A stretch of 64,000 bases of DNA, from the NCBI RefSeq assembly GCF_009834535.1, contig NC_045696.1, positions 80,354,001 to 80,418,000 on the forward strand. The letters run 5' to 3'. Under the pieces are notes generated by a model, which saw only the letters and a program-made list of their open reading frames with translations, had not been told where the DNA came from and searched no databases. The DNA is from Camelus ferus. Its lineage: Eukaryota. Shown here in pieces: positions 25,797 to 36,480 of this stretch. Every line of letters starts with the position of its first letter. The stretch's first letter is position 1. Both the position numbers and the translations under genes were made by a program.

Positions 25797-25974
25797 GTAA
25801 CCAATTCTTTAAGTAAAAAGCAGTACAAGTTTTTAAGCTGTATTTGCCTTTAGTATTCTGAAATATATTAAGAATGACTGGATTGCACCCTTTTGGCCTT
25901 TAGGACCTGAAGGGTCTCTGGCCTCAAGTGCTGAGGTGTCAATGCAGCTTTGATTTCTACCTTTCTGCACTTAC

Positions 25975-26255
25975 CGGTAGGTGGTTTCTGGAAGGAGATC
26001 TTTTATAACATGGGTGGTGGTATTGCCCACGGTGATGCTAGTGTCTCCAAGATCGATATTGTAAGCAAGGATTTCAGATCCATTATTGCACGGCTCTTCC
26101 CAGTTCAGTACAAGGCACACAGAAGGCGAATCAGGATAGGCATTGAGGGTCTCCTCCTCCAGGACACATAGAGTGGAGACAGGGTCAGGGGCCGTTGCTG
26201 GCGTCTGGCAAAGGACAAGCTCACTGTACGGTCCTGCTCCGGCTTGATTAACAGC
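25975..26255 (-). CDS. FNDC3B: FNDC3B coding exon (~exon 22), 281 nt, phase 0->2
   Basis: tttcAG|GCT GTT ... TAC CG|GTaagt; AVNQAGAGPYSELVLCQTP...KDLLPETTY(R). Confidence 0.97.
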
Positions 26256-26519
26256 CTGAAAAACAGAACAGCGAGACAAAGTCCGTATTACCACATGAGT
26301 ACATTCTAAACGCCTCCACATTAGGTGCCGGTAAATAAATCTAACGTAATACATGATTACTGCCAGAAACGTAGGTAGAAATAAATCCTCCACAATGTTC
26401 ACTTTAATCTAATAAACACTTTCCAAAATCACATCTTTTCTGCTAATAACATTGCCATCATCATCTCTTAAGAAAAATTATTTAAAAATACGTTTTATAT
26501 TTTGCACAGCCCACTTCAG

Positions 26520-26700
26520 TTTATGTATTGTCTTATGCAATCTTCTCAATAATTGTCTGAAGTCAGTAGTAAACGGCAAGTATTCTTATCTGCCTTTCAC
26601 AAAGGAGGGAACTCAAAGTCAGGTTAAATAACTCAGGCCTTGGATTTAGACACCAAGCTGGGACTGAAGTTCCGTAATATGACTTCTAACTCAAGTGCTG
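26520..26700 (-). mobile_element. MIR SINE
   Basis: ttatctgcctttcacaaaggagggaactcaaagtcaggttaaataactc. Confidence 0.55.
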
Positions 26701-26769
26701 CCCCGTAAGAGCTACAGGAGTTTTAGAAACGATATCTACTATTTTCCATGTGAGTGCTAAACTCATATC

Positions 26770-27965
26770 TGAAGTCAGTTCTCAGCCCTCACCTGACTTT
26801 ACTTGAGCGCCACAGCTGACACCTGATCACTCACTGCTTTCGAGTATTTACTCACTTGGTGTCTGGGACCTGTCCTCTTGTTTCTACTTACCTGCTGCTG
26901 CTTCTCAATCACCTCTGCTGGTTGCTACTCATTACTGGGATCTCTTAACCCTGGAGGGCACCAGGCCTCAGGCGTGCACGCTATTTCTGCTTAAACTCTT
27001 GGACATCTCATCTTGTCTCGGGGTAAATGTCATTTGTATCCTACTCCCAAATTTATCTGTGTAGCTCAGACTTCTGCCCTGAATGCCAGGTTAGTGTATT
27101 CAACTGCTTTTTGAGTATCTCCACTTGAATGTCAAATAGGCATCTCCAACTCAAGTGTCCGCACAGCTCCAAGTCTCCACCCCATCCCTGCTCACCCCAA
27201 AACCCCACCGCACCTCCAGTGGTTTTCCCCATCCTTCAGGCTGCTCAAGTCCTATCTCCAAGTCATTGCTGGACATCTTTCTTCCTCTCATACCCCTACC
27301 CAAGCCATCAGCACATCCTTTACCACCCTAGACAACTATATTCTCTCATCTGGTTATTGTAATGACCCTCTAGCTGGAATTTCTGTCATCCCTCGCCCCT
27401 CAGACTGTATTCACTGTTCAAGTCCCGTCAATGACCTCCCATTACATACAGAATAAACTTTGAAAGACTAATCTTGTACAACTACCCTCCTTCATCTCTG
27501 CCTTCATCATCTACTACTCTGCCCCTCACTCCCTCTGCTCCAGCCACACTTCTTCCTTGATGTTCCACAGGGACACCAAGTTTGCCCTCACCTCAGGGCC
27601 TTTGCAACTTGCTGCCCCTTCTGTGCACAAAGCTTTTCTCCAGACATCTGCACAGCCCATCCAATCATCTCCTCCAGGCCTCCTCTCAAGCACTGCCTTT
27701 TCAGGGAGACTTCTCTGAACACATTTAAACTTGCAGTCGCCCTACCCAAATCCCTGTGACCCATCTCATTTCCTATTTCCCTTCTTTGCCTTTTTTCCCA
27801 TCATAGCATTTACCACCATAGACCAACATAGTATATACTTCATTTAATTACTGCCTTGATAAGAACGTAAGTTCTATAAGGTCAAGGCTGTCTGCTGGGT
27901 TCACTGCTGTAGCTCTGGCAACTAGAACAGTACCTGATACAGAGTATGCACTCAATAAATGCTAT
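26770..27965 (+). mobile_element. L2a LINE 3' region (~1.2 kb)
   Basis: gaatgtcaaataggcatctccaactcaa; ctctgctccagccacact; cctcagggcctttgca; ends cagtacctgatacagagtatgcactcaataaat. Confidence 0.88.
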
Positions 27966-28439
27966 TACAGTATTTTTTTTCCTTATAAAACATTTGGCAA
28001 CCTCCTTATAAAAACTGTACTCTAAAATTTAGTTTACTTCATAGGAGAGCTTATGAGGACAAATTATAAAACTAAAGGAAAGTAGTCTGAGCTCTTAAGT
28101 CAAAGGTTCAAAAGAAAACTTAAAATGCCTGTGTATTATTGTTTATTTCAAAGAAGCAAGAGTATTCATTTGCTATCAAATCACTTTTTATACCCTACTG
28201 TAATATTTTTTCACATCTAGTCCTATTTCATGACAACAGGAACTCTCTTTTTGGTAAAATTTTAACATCACGAATTACTTTAAGAGTATATACTTAGAGA
28301 CTTTATTTTTGGATACATATTTATCACAGGGGCAGAAAAATAAGATACTGTGGAACCCAACTTTCACATCAACTGAGGCTTTAATCACCATGCAACAGAA
28401 GGAAAGGACCATGCCTTTTAAGAGTTGCAGCTTTGTTCA

Positions 28440-28595
28440 TATCGTGATTCTATTATTTACTAACTGTGTGATCTTAGGCAAATTAACATTTGAGTCTGTT
28501 TCCCCAAATGGAAAATGGGGATAGTAATACTTAATTCATAGTTATCGTAAAGATTAAATTTGTTAACATGTAAAATCCTGGCAGAGTGTCAGGCC
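28440..28595 (+). mobile_element. MIR SINE
   Basis: tttactaactgtgtgatcttaggcaaatta...tgtttccccaaatggaaaatggggatagtaatac. Confidence 0.8.
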
Positions 28596-28658
28596 AACTG
28601 TCAGGGCTTCACTTCTCTCCTTTCCAAGAACAACAAAGCAATAACAATTTTCCTATTT

Positions 28659-28762
28659 AACAAAAACAAAAAATCAAAAAAAGAAAAAAAAAAAAAAAAA
28701 AAAAAAGAAAGAAAAACACCCTAAAAAAAACAAACAAAAAAGCCAAAACCAAACAATAAAAC
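28659..28762 (+). repeat. A-rich low-complexity tract
   Basis: ~100 bp of A runs including an uninterrupted run of >20 A. Confidence 0.9.
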
Positions 28763-28767
28763 CCACT

Positions 28768-29010
28768 TCATTTCAAGCTAATTTTAGACTTACAGAAAAG
28801 TTGTAAAAATAGTGCAGAGAAATTTCCATGTATCTTTCCCATGTACCTCTCACCTTGCTTTCCCTAATACCTAACTGTAAAACAATGATCAAAACCAGGA
28901 GATTCACACTGGTACAGTGGTATTAACTACGTATAGACTTGATTCAAATCTTACCAGTTTCTCCAATAATGTTCTGTTTCTATTCCAGGATCCCACCCAG
29001 GACACAGCTT
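28768..29010 (-). mobile_element. L1MC-type 3' end fragment
   Basis: aattttagacttacagaaaagttgtaaaaatagt...atcaaaaccagga...ctattccaggatcccacccagga. Confidence 0.75.
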
Positions 29011-30477
29011 TCTTTTAGTAGCTTCATTCTATGGAAAATGCTTTCTTGATTAATACCACTTAGTATTACCACTTTTTAAAGGAATTCAAAAGAATCTTAC
29101 TAAATTTAAGAGTATGCCTATAATATATAATATGTCTCATGTGAAAAGAATTATTGGGTACTTGTTGCTTAAAATGTTCCTAAGGATGGATATAAAAATT
29201 CAACATTCCTGAGCAAAACAAGAAATGTTCCACTCAACTTTTATAAAACACAGTAGAGGTATGACAGTGGTTTAATTTTTAAGGCACCAAATATTCAAAA
29301 GAATATTCAGCGTCAACCTGGCTTTGTGGTAATGTCAAATGAAAATAACTCATATTTGGTCCATAAGTTATCAAGAAATCAATATAAGCTGAGGAGACCC
29401 TTTTCCTGGCAATTCTGTAGCATTACAATGGCAGTCTTGAATGTACTATCCCCTCCACAGGATCTGACTCATTTTATGACAAAGAAGTACAGACATGTGA
29501 AGATATTTACTATTTCTGACTGTCAGAACATGGAGGCAAGATTACTATGCGGGCTCTATTCTTACTAATGTATCTTTATCTTTTAAAATGCAATTTTGGG
29601 ACGTTAATGCTAAGTGACAACATATACCTCGAAAGGAAAAAAAAGGAAGCAGAACATTTTAAAGAGAGACCAAAACTTGAAAAGCAGACTGAAGTTCTTT
29701 CCTGTGATAGCAGACAGTTTTTATTTATATCCTTCCTTGTTCCAAAAACAGGAGTGTAGCACAGAATTTAACATTTTCCCAATGACTCAGCATTGCTATT
29801 ATAAAGCTCAGATAATGTGCTGTGACCCTGACTCACTGACAAAGGGTTGATTACATCCCAGACCCTTCATTCGAGAAGGAAAGAAGGTGTGTATAATGGA
29901 AGAGTTTAGCCAGAACTGTTTACGAACAGACTTCAGAATTTAACAGAAAAGGTTCAGTTGATCTGGAAAATTAACTTATGAAAGGAATATTTTCTCCAAA
30001 GAGGCCAGAGACATTGAGCGTACATGGACTTAAATCTGGTGGAAACCTAAATCTGGCATCTTTGCTTCTTTATGTATTTAAATCTGCAGAACTCTTCTTT
30101 TTTGCCTTTTGTCTGAGTGGCTTTCCCACTGAAATGTGCATCTCAGGAAATTCAGACAGAAGGTATCTTCCCTTAGGAGCTGTGCCACCTTTGCCTTGGA
30201 CTCAGTCCTGGAGAACTGACCGACCAGCAAGACACAAGAATGGCGAGAAGTACAGTGGAGAAGAATCTGGCTTTGTTCTGACATTTCAAGACCTCCGAGA
30301 GATGCAAAAATTAACTGTAAAATACCAAAACAATTATAATTATTTTTACTTAAAAGGACTCTCTTTTCCATATCACCCCTCCTGATGGCCTCTATCACAA
30401 GCCTTTTAGTAAGTTTCCCAAGAGTCTTACATAGAACACCAGTGTTTGTGACTAACGTCCGAATAGTGTCAGCCTAC

Positions 30478-30627
30478 CTGTAGTCTACAGCAATACTGTG
30501 CAGCAGGCAATAGATCCCTCATTTCAAAGCCGGTGTCTGTCCCATGATAAATGAGTTCTAAGGATTCTTCATCTTCTCCCCATTCCAACCTGTACTCTGA
30601 AATGTCAGCACCAGAGCTTTCAGGACT
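30478..30627 (-). CDS. FNDC3B: FNDC3B coding exon (~exon 21), 150 nt, phase 0->0
   Basis: ttccAG|AGT CCT ... CTA CAG|GTaggc; SPESSGADISEYRLEWGEDEESLELIYHGTDTGFEMRDLLPAAQYCCRLQ. Confidence 0.96.
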
Positions 30628-30773
30628 CTGGAAAACAGAAATTTAACTGGTAAAATTCACCAACAAGAAAATCCTATGAAGTCTGTGTTCTACTAACTGA
30701 ACTGGGAAAGAGAGCAACATGCCACAGGATACTCCAGATACATGCAAAAGAGATGCATGAAAAAGATACTTAA

Positions 30774-30883
30774 CCCAGCACCTCCATTCAAATAAGTAAA
30801 TAAATAACCTCATCCCCTCCCCTCACCAAAAATAAATAAATAAATACATAAAATAAAATAAAAAATAAAAAAAATTAAAAAGT
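30774..30883 (+). mobile_element. 5'-truncated Vic-1-type SINE tail with (TAAA)n/A-rich tail
   Basis: cccagcacctccatt (tRNA 3' end) then aaataagtaaataaataacctc..cccc + A tail; imperfect TSD aaagatacttaa (30762-30773) / aaaaatactcaa (30884-30895). Confidence 0.6.
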
Positions 30884-31072
30884 AAAAATACTCAATTTCA
30901 TTTGAATTCTGACAGGTGGTAAAATTTCCACAACTCTTGGCAAGTTTGAAGGCAGATTACTGTGTAAAAATCACCTACATGTGAATTCTAGCTTTGTAGC
31001 TTCCTCATAACTTGCATTGGGAGCAAATAATGAAGAAGAAACAAACTGATGCAAAACTTGTGCCTAACTTAC

Positions 31073-31186
31073 CTCCCAACTCACTAAGACACATCCATCA
31101 GGTGTAAAAGAGATACAAGGTGCTTTGCATTGTCCAGGAGGCCCTGCAGCAGTGGTAATTTCTGAGACGTCAGAATATGGACCATA
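31073..31186 (-). CDS. FNDC3B: FNDC3B coding exon (~exon 20), 114 nt, phase 0->0
   Basis: tttcAG|TAT GGT ... TGG GAG|GTaagt; YGPYSDVSEITTAAGPPGQCKAPCISFTPDGCVLVSWE. Confidence 0.96.
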
Positions 31187-31212
31187 CTGAAAGAGAAAAA
31201 CACATGTTTGTT

Positions 31213-31234
31213 TGTGTGTGTGTGTGTGTGTGTG
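31213..31234. repeat. (TG)11 microsatellite
   Basis: Read directly from the sequence. Confidence 0.95.
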
Positions 31235-33373
31235 TATACGTTCGTTGTGTGTATGCGTGCAGGCGCGCATACAACACAAGCTTATAACCAAACAAGGGCT
31301 AAGCTAATGCCATTATCAATACAACTGATTAAAATTATTACCTAATTGCGTTCAATTTCAACTGAACATGTAGACTTTCTTCCACATACATTCCCTGAGT
31401 GGTAAATATCTATTTTACATATATATTTCTATAAAATACATAATGAAATATATTAAAAATATATGTAATTCAAAAGGATTAGAAAGTTGGTTTACCATTT
31501 TTGCTGTGACAAAAGAAACCAAAAAATGCTGACTTCTAATATACCATAGCATTCTGCTTTAATTTCTTAGAGGGAATCAAAGAAAACTAAGTCAGATATA
31601 CACTGCAGTTTAATTTTTAATGCATAAAAATTTATTTGGAATTGCCGGTTATCAAATTTTGAGTATTTCTTCTAGTTATTGGTATTTCCATCTTGAAAAC
31701 CAATGCTCCTGGTAATGTTTCCCCGGCATGTATGTTCCACCATTTCAACTATCTGAAGATCTACACTGCCTTCCGTGTCTCATTCTATCACCATCAGTAA
31801 CCACACTGCACAGACCTAATCATCACTAGAGATTTAAAACATTCTGAGAGAGCCATAACCACCATGTTAATAGTGGAATGTGTGATACTGTAAAGAGTTG
31901 CGGCAAAGAGTAAAGCAATTTTTAGGCTAATGAAGTATGTGACTATGTTTTTCAAAATGGGAAAAAAAGATTAAGAAAAAACCCTCTCCTTTTCTAGTAC
32001 AACTTGCAAATATTCTGGGGGTGGGGATGGGGGAGAAGCTCTTTAAAATGGACTGTAGAAGGTGACCACAAGTCAAATATATGGTTAGCTTCCAATATAA
32101 CACAATTTTAAAACAAGGCTGAAGATAGTTTCTTTATATGATAAGTTAGTGAAAGGGGAGAGAAAGCAAAACCCAAATTAGTCCAGTTGCACATTTATTA
32201 TGGCAGAAATCCTCTGAAAAGTTGATGGAAGAAAAGTACAAGAACGACAGGAAAACGGTTTCTCCAGCAACAGTGATCATCACCATCCACCCTCTTTTTA
32301 CTTGTCCAAGTTTGGGTGCCTAGGCTTTCTTATCTTCTCACCAATACAGTTTCATTGTCTAGTGTTTGGCTTTTTTTTTTTTTAATTTAAATACTTGTGC
32401 TGTATCTGAAATTCTTTCCTAACAAGGAATTAGAAGAAATCCAGTTCCTATTCAAGGATCCTACCTCAAATCAAATGTTTTCAAAGTCAGCTGTGCCTAA
32501 CATTAAATAGACTAAAGACAAACACACTTCACTTCTGAAAGGTATGAACAGGACCACTGAGAACTAGAAGAGTCATTGTCAACTTCCTGTCACCAGTTGG
32601 GCCTTCTTACTTGTAAAAATCTCATCAATTAATGACATCTGTTTATTGGCATGGACTATCTATACATATCACTGGCACTTCATGGGGCCCTAGAGGCTGT
32701 CTGCTCTACCCATACCCTTCTACCTTGTTTTATAGAAACATCTTTGACACACCAGAAAGCCCTTAGAGTTTCTGGGTCACTTCATTTTTATTATGAATTT
32801 CCTCAAATCCATATCACTCTGCAATGAAAAAAACCCAAAACCAATTACCTTTGTGGATATAATACATACACACTCTTTCAATCTCTAATAGCCCAGCTCA
32901 ACAGCTCCAAATGGAGTAGCAGAAAGGGCCAGACATCTCTACAGTGTTCAGTTGAAATAAAAACCAATAAGCTAGCCTCCCTAGCCTCTACTCACAATCC
33001 AGTTTTAAAAACTGACCTAAGACACTGCTGGGTAATTTAGACAACATGGTAAAGGAATATTATGTACTACTAATTTCCCATACCTGATTAATACAGCCGA
33101 CAAGAAGAAAGGAAATTATTTTAAAAAACACCAAAAGCATCTAACAGGTGATGTTCTTATTAACCTTGAACTCTATCTTAAGAGAATGATAGGAGGACAA
33201 ATGAACGGAATTTCCAAGGCTGGGTCTACATGAAATCAAAACAATTGACCTTCCGAAATGAGATTTCACAGACACTTCCTTAATGGTCGTCAAGGTTGGA
33301 TCGATGTGGCAGAGGAGTCATAGGAGGGGAGAACCGGAACTGCCGAGACGGCGGTGCGCGAGCTGGTACTCAC

Positions 33374-33546
33374 CCCTCCGTCGTTCAGAGCTCTCACCCG
33401 GAAGCGATACACGGTTCCGGGCAGCAGGCTGCCGACGGTGCACTGGAGCTGCGGCCCGTGGTACACCTCAGAAGCCACGTCCTCGGGTTCCGTCATCTCC
33501 ACGCTGTACTCGGAGACCTCACAGCCACTTTCCGAGGCAGGAACAT
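33374..33546 (-). CDS. FNDC3B: FNDC3B coding exon (~exon 19), 173 nt, phase 1->0
   Basis: tcccAG|AT GTT ... GGA GGG|GTgagt; (D)[57 protein letters not shown]. Confidence 0.97.
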
Positions 33547-34438
33547 CTGGGAACGGAGAATATTTCTCACCTTAGAACATTTTTGTGTTTCCAGTTGACC
33601 CTATCACACCTGACTTTCCACAAGGTTTGCAAAATGTCAGTTAGGTGGCCTGTCCTCAGTATTTACAGAAGAACCTCCAGTTCAAAAAAGAGAAGACATG
33701 CAAAAGAAAGTTCTTGAATGATGTTATGCATACTTTGCAAACCAAGTACATTTAACGACACTAATAAAAATTCCAAAAGCACTTCTTTACGTTGTAATGC
33801 AAGGTAAGGGGAAGAAATTGAGGGAGGAAAAAATCTTCTCTTTAATTTGAGATCAAATGACCCAGTAAATCAAGTTGGAGAACCCCAAACTGGCACAATA
33901 TTTGATCATATTTTAGACATAAGTGGTGGGGAAAAATACTCTGGCAGCATTCTGCAGGTTTATTTTACAATTTTACGTGCTGTAAACTGCTGATGCGACA
34001 GGAAATGCTAATACAACTTGAGTCAATACTGTGAAACACCAGGACCCAAACATGACAAGGCAGCAGACAAGGAGGAATCACATGTTACTTTATGAACCAT
34101 GTCTTGGTTTCATGTCTAAATTGAGCACAACTTTTAATTTATGAATAAAGTTGAAATATTCCCGAAAAGACCAGCTTCTCTGAGAGATTTTCTAGGAAAG
34201 TGCCCTCTGAAGGGCAGAGGATGAATAGCATAAGAGGCGCCATCAGGAACAGGAGGACGAGTGATAGCGCTAGGGAGAAACAAACCCAAGCCCACACACG
34301 TTACAAAGAACATGGAATTTTCAACAGAAACAAACATGGTTTTCATAAGGAAGATTTGGAACTTAATTACAAAACATTAAGTCTTAAACTCAATCTCCAA
34401 ATTGTCCAAATCGTCAATGTGAAGATTTGTTCACTCAC

Positions 34439-34544
34439 CCCACTCTAAGTGGACTTCTTTGTGCTTTGGTCTACCCAAAACCCTCGGTGGTCGACACTGA
34501 CCTGGTGCAATGCTTAGTGTGCGAACAGGGAGACTTTCAGAACA
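34439..34544 (-). CDS. FNDC3B: FNDC3B coding exon (~exon 18), 106 nt, phase 0->1
   Basis: ctgcAG|TGT TCT ... TGG G|GTgagt; [35 protein letters not shown]. Confidence 0.96.
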
Positions 34545-35715
34545 CTGCAGGAGAAATACCGGAGACAACCATCTCTTAGTTACTTTGAATTTATTCGATC
34601 TCTATATATCAGGCAAATTTCACCCCATAACTGCAAATGTTACCAAAAGGGGGTTGCACATTGAATGTGTACACTCTTTATGGAATAAGCTTTTCATCTG
34701 TGTGTGTGTGTTTTAAGTATGGACATACACTGCATATGGCACTGGTAAAAAGAATTCTTTCTGAAGTCAGATTCATATACACGAGTGTTGTGCATCCTAG
34801 GCACACAGTTATTTTCCTTTAAACCATAACTGGAGAGACCCTTCATGAGGATGGAAGAGAATATAAAACAACAGCTGGATGAAATTTTCATATGGTGCCA
34901 TAAATGGCCAACCATCCACGTACAAAGCAGAGACGCAAATAAGATCAATATTAATCAGCTGGGTCTGATATTAACCAACAAGTTCTGTTAACACTGAAAT
35001 AAGCAGGCCTTCTTTGTTTTGGCAGGATCTGGTTGCATAAAGTTGGTGGTATGGAAGCTGACCCCTTTCTGAGACAGGAGAAGCAAGCTGCAGCTCTGCA
35101 TCTCACCAAACTCATCCTCCTTCCTGAGGAGAAGAACCTAAACAGTCAAGGAGCACTGCTGCCCCGCACAGCCTGTGCAGCCCCTTACACGTGCGAGGCG
35201 CTCGCTAATCACCTGGGGCTCTGATGTGCATACGCCCCGCCCTCAGGGGCAATGCCCATAAATGGTCTAACTGGACCCTCTTTTCCCAAAAAGTCTGCCT
35301 ACATGAACAGTCTAGACATTGCAGTACCACTTTCCTTTTGGAGAAAAGAAACATAAGAAGACACTGGAGGGGGGCTGACTGGCAAAATCAGGCACCCTAA
35401 TGGCAGGTATTCTCTTGAAAAGTCAGCTCAGCACAGGGCTAGAGGCCACCACTGCTCTCTTCCTCTCTCTCAATACTAATGGTTTCAAACCATAATGGTA
35501 AATATCGCTACAATAAAAACGTCTTTTACCGTATTGCTTCTCACTCACTTTCTGAATATTAAGCTAAAGCCATTCAGATAATAATTATCTCATTTCTGGA
35601 TCACTTCATGTGCATTTCTTAGGTTATTCTGAGTCTATGAGAAGACTGTGAGGCTGAAACCAAGGCTCCTGACAAGTTAACTGATGGTCTAAGGTCATAT
35701 AAATTGTAGACAAAA

Positions 35716-35820
35716 GTGGTGAGCATTTTGTGATGTAGAAAAACGTTAAGCCACCATGCTGTACACTTAAAACTAATGTAATAGTATTAAGTTAATTATA
35801 CTTCAATTTTTTTAAAAAAG
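35716..35820 (+). mobile_element. L1 extreme 3' end fragment
   Basis: gtggtgagcattttgtgatgta...atgctgtacacttaaaactaatgtaata...ttatacttcaat + A-rich end. Confidence 0.75.
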
Positions 35821-35837
35821 TAGACTACAAGAGAACC

Positions 35838-36010
35838 GCTGCTGCCGACAGATATACAGGCTGCCCCCCCACCCCACCCCCAGCACAATTGCAGGGGTGC
35901 CATTCAGCTCAGTCATCATTTAAGGCTTATACGACTTTTATGATCATCTTCCAGCAGATGGCAGTAAAGTACCTCGAGGAAGGTGCATCTCATAGTCTCA
36001 CAAGCTGTTT
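35838..36010 (+). mobile_element. MER91B-like hAT-Tip100 relic
   Basis: gcacaattgcaggggtgccattca ... ccagcagatggcagtaaagt...gaggaagg resembles recalled MER91B. Confidence 0.6.
35951..35964 (+). promoter_or_regulatory. CTCF core motif
   Basis: CCAGCAGATGGCAG fits the CCASYAGRKGGCRS consensus. Confidence 0.55.
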
Positions 36011-36361
36011 TTGACTCTAAATTCTGTTTTTATATCACTGCAATAATTGAGATTCACCCCCTTATTTAAAGCAAATGCAAATTCCAGACCACCCTCAATT
36101 CTCAACTGTCATGAGATCACACCAAAATCTAAGAAATGGCTAAGTGACAAATGTACCAGGAAAGCAACACAACTGAGAATTATGTGGGCCTATCTTCTCA
36201 TATCCTCTACAGCGCAATTCAAAACACTGAATTCATGACGTGATACCACGGCAGGTTGCGTTGGCAAGAGACATTTTAAACAGCAGTTTTATTCTGATGT
36301 TACAGATAGGTTGTCTGAATTTGACCGAAGATATTTACTTCTATACCAAAAAAAAACCAAC

Positions 36362-36480
36362 CTGACTGTGTCCACCAGTACTTATGCAGCATGCTCGGAG
36401 TTTGTACAAAGTGCCTGGTTTCAGGTGGGTGAACGTGTACTCTGTAGCTGATCCACTGTATGCCACTTCCCACTGACTCG
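36362..36480 (-). CDS. FNDC3B: FNDC3B coding exon (~exon 17), 119 nt, phase 1->0
   Basis: ttgcAG|CG AGT ... AGT CAG|GTtggt; (A)[39 protein letters not shown]. Confidence 0.95.

Noticed and set aside
33283..33717. 144-aa antisense ORF over exon ~19
   Set aside because: Explained by high GC content and the shadow of the coding strand; no recognisable domain.
36356..36362. Non-canonical intron at the exon ~17 donor (GTTGGT)
   Set aside because: Still GT-AG, only a weaker U2 donor; no GC-AG or AT-AC introns among the 15 complete introns.
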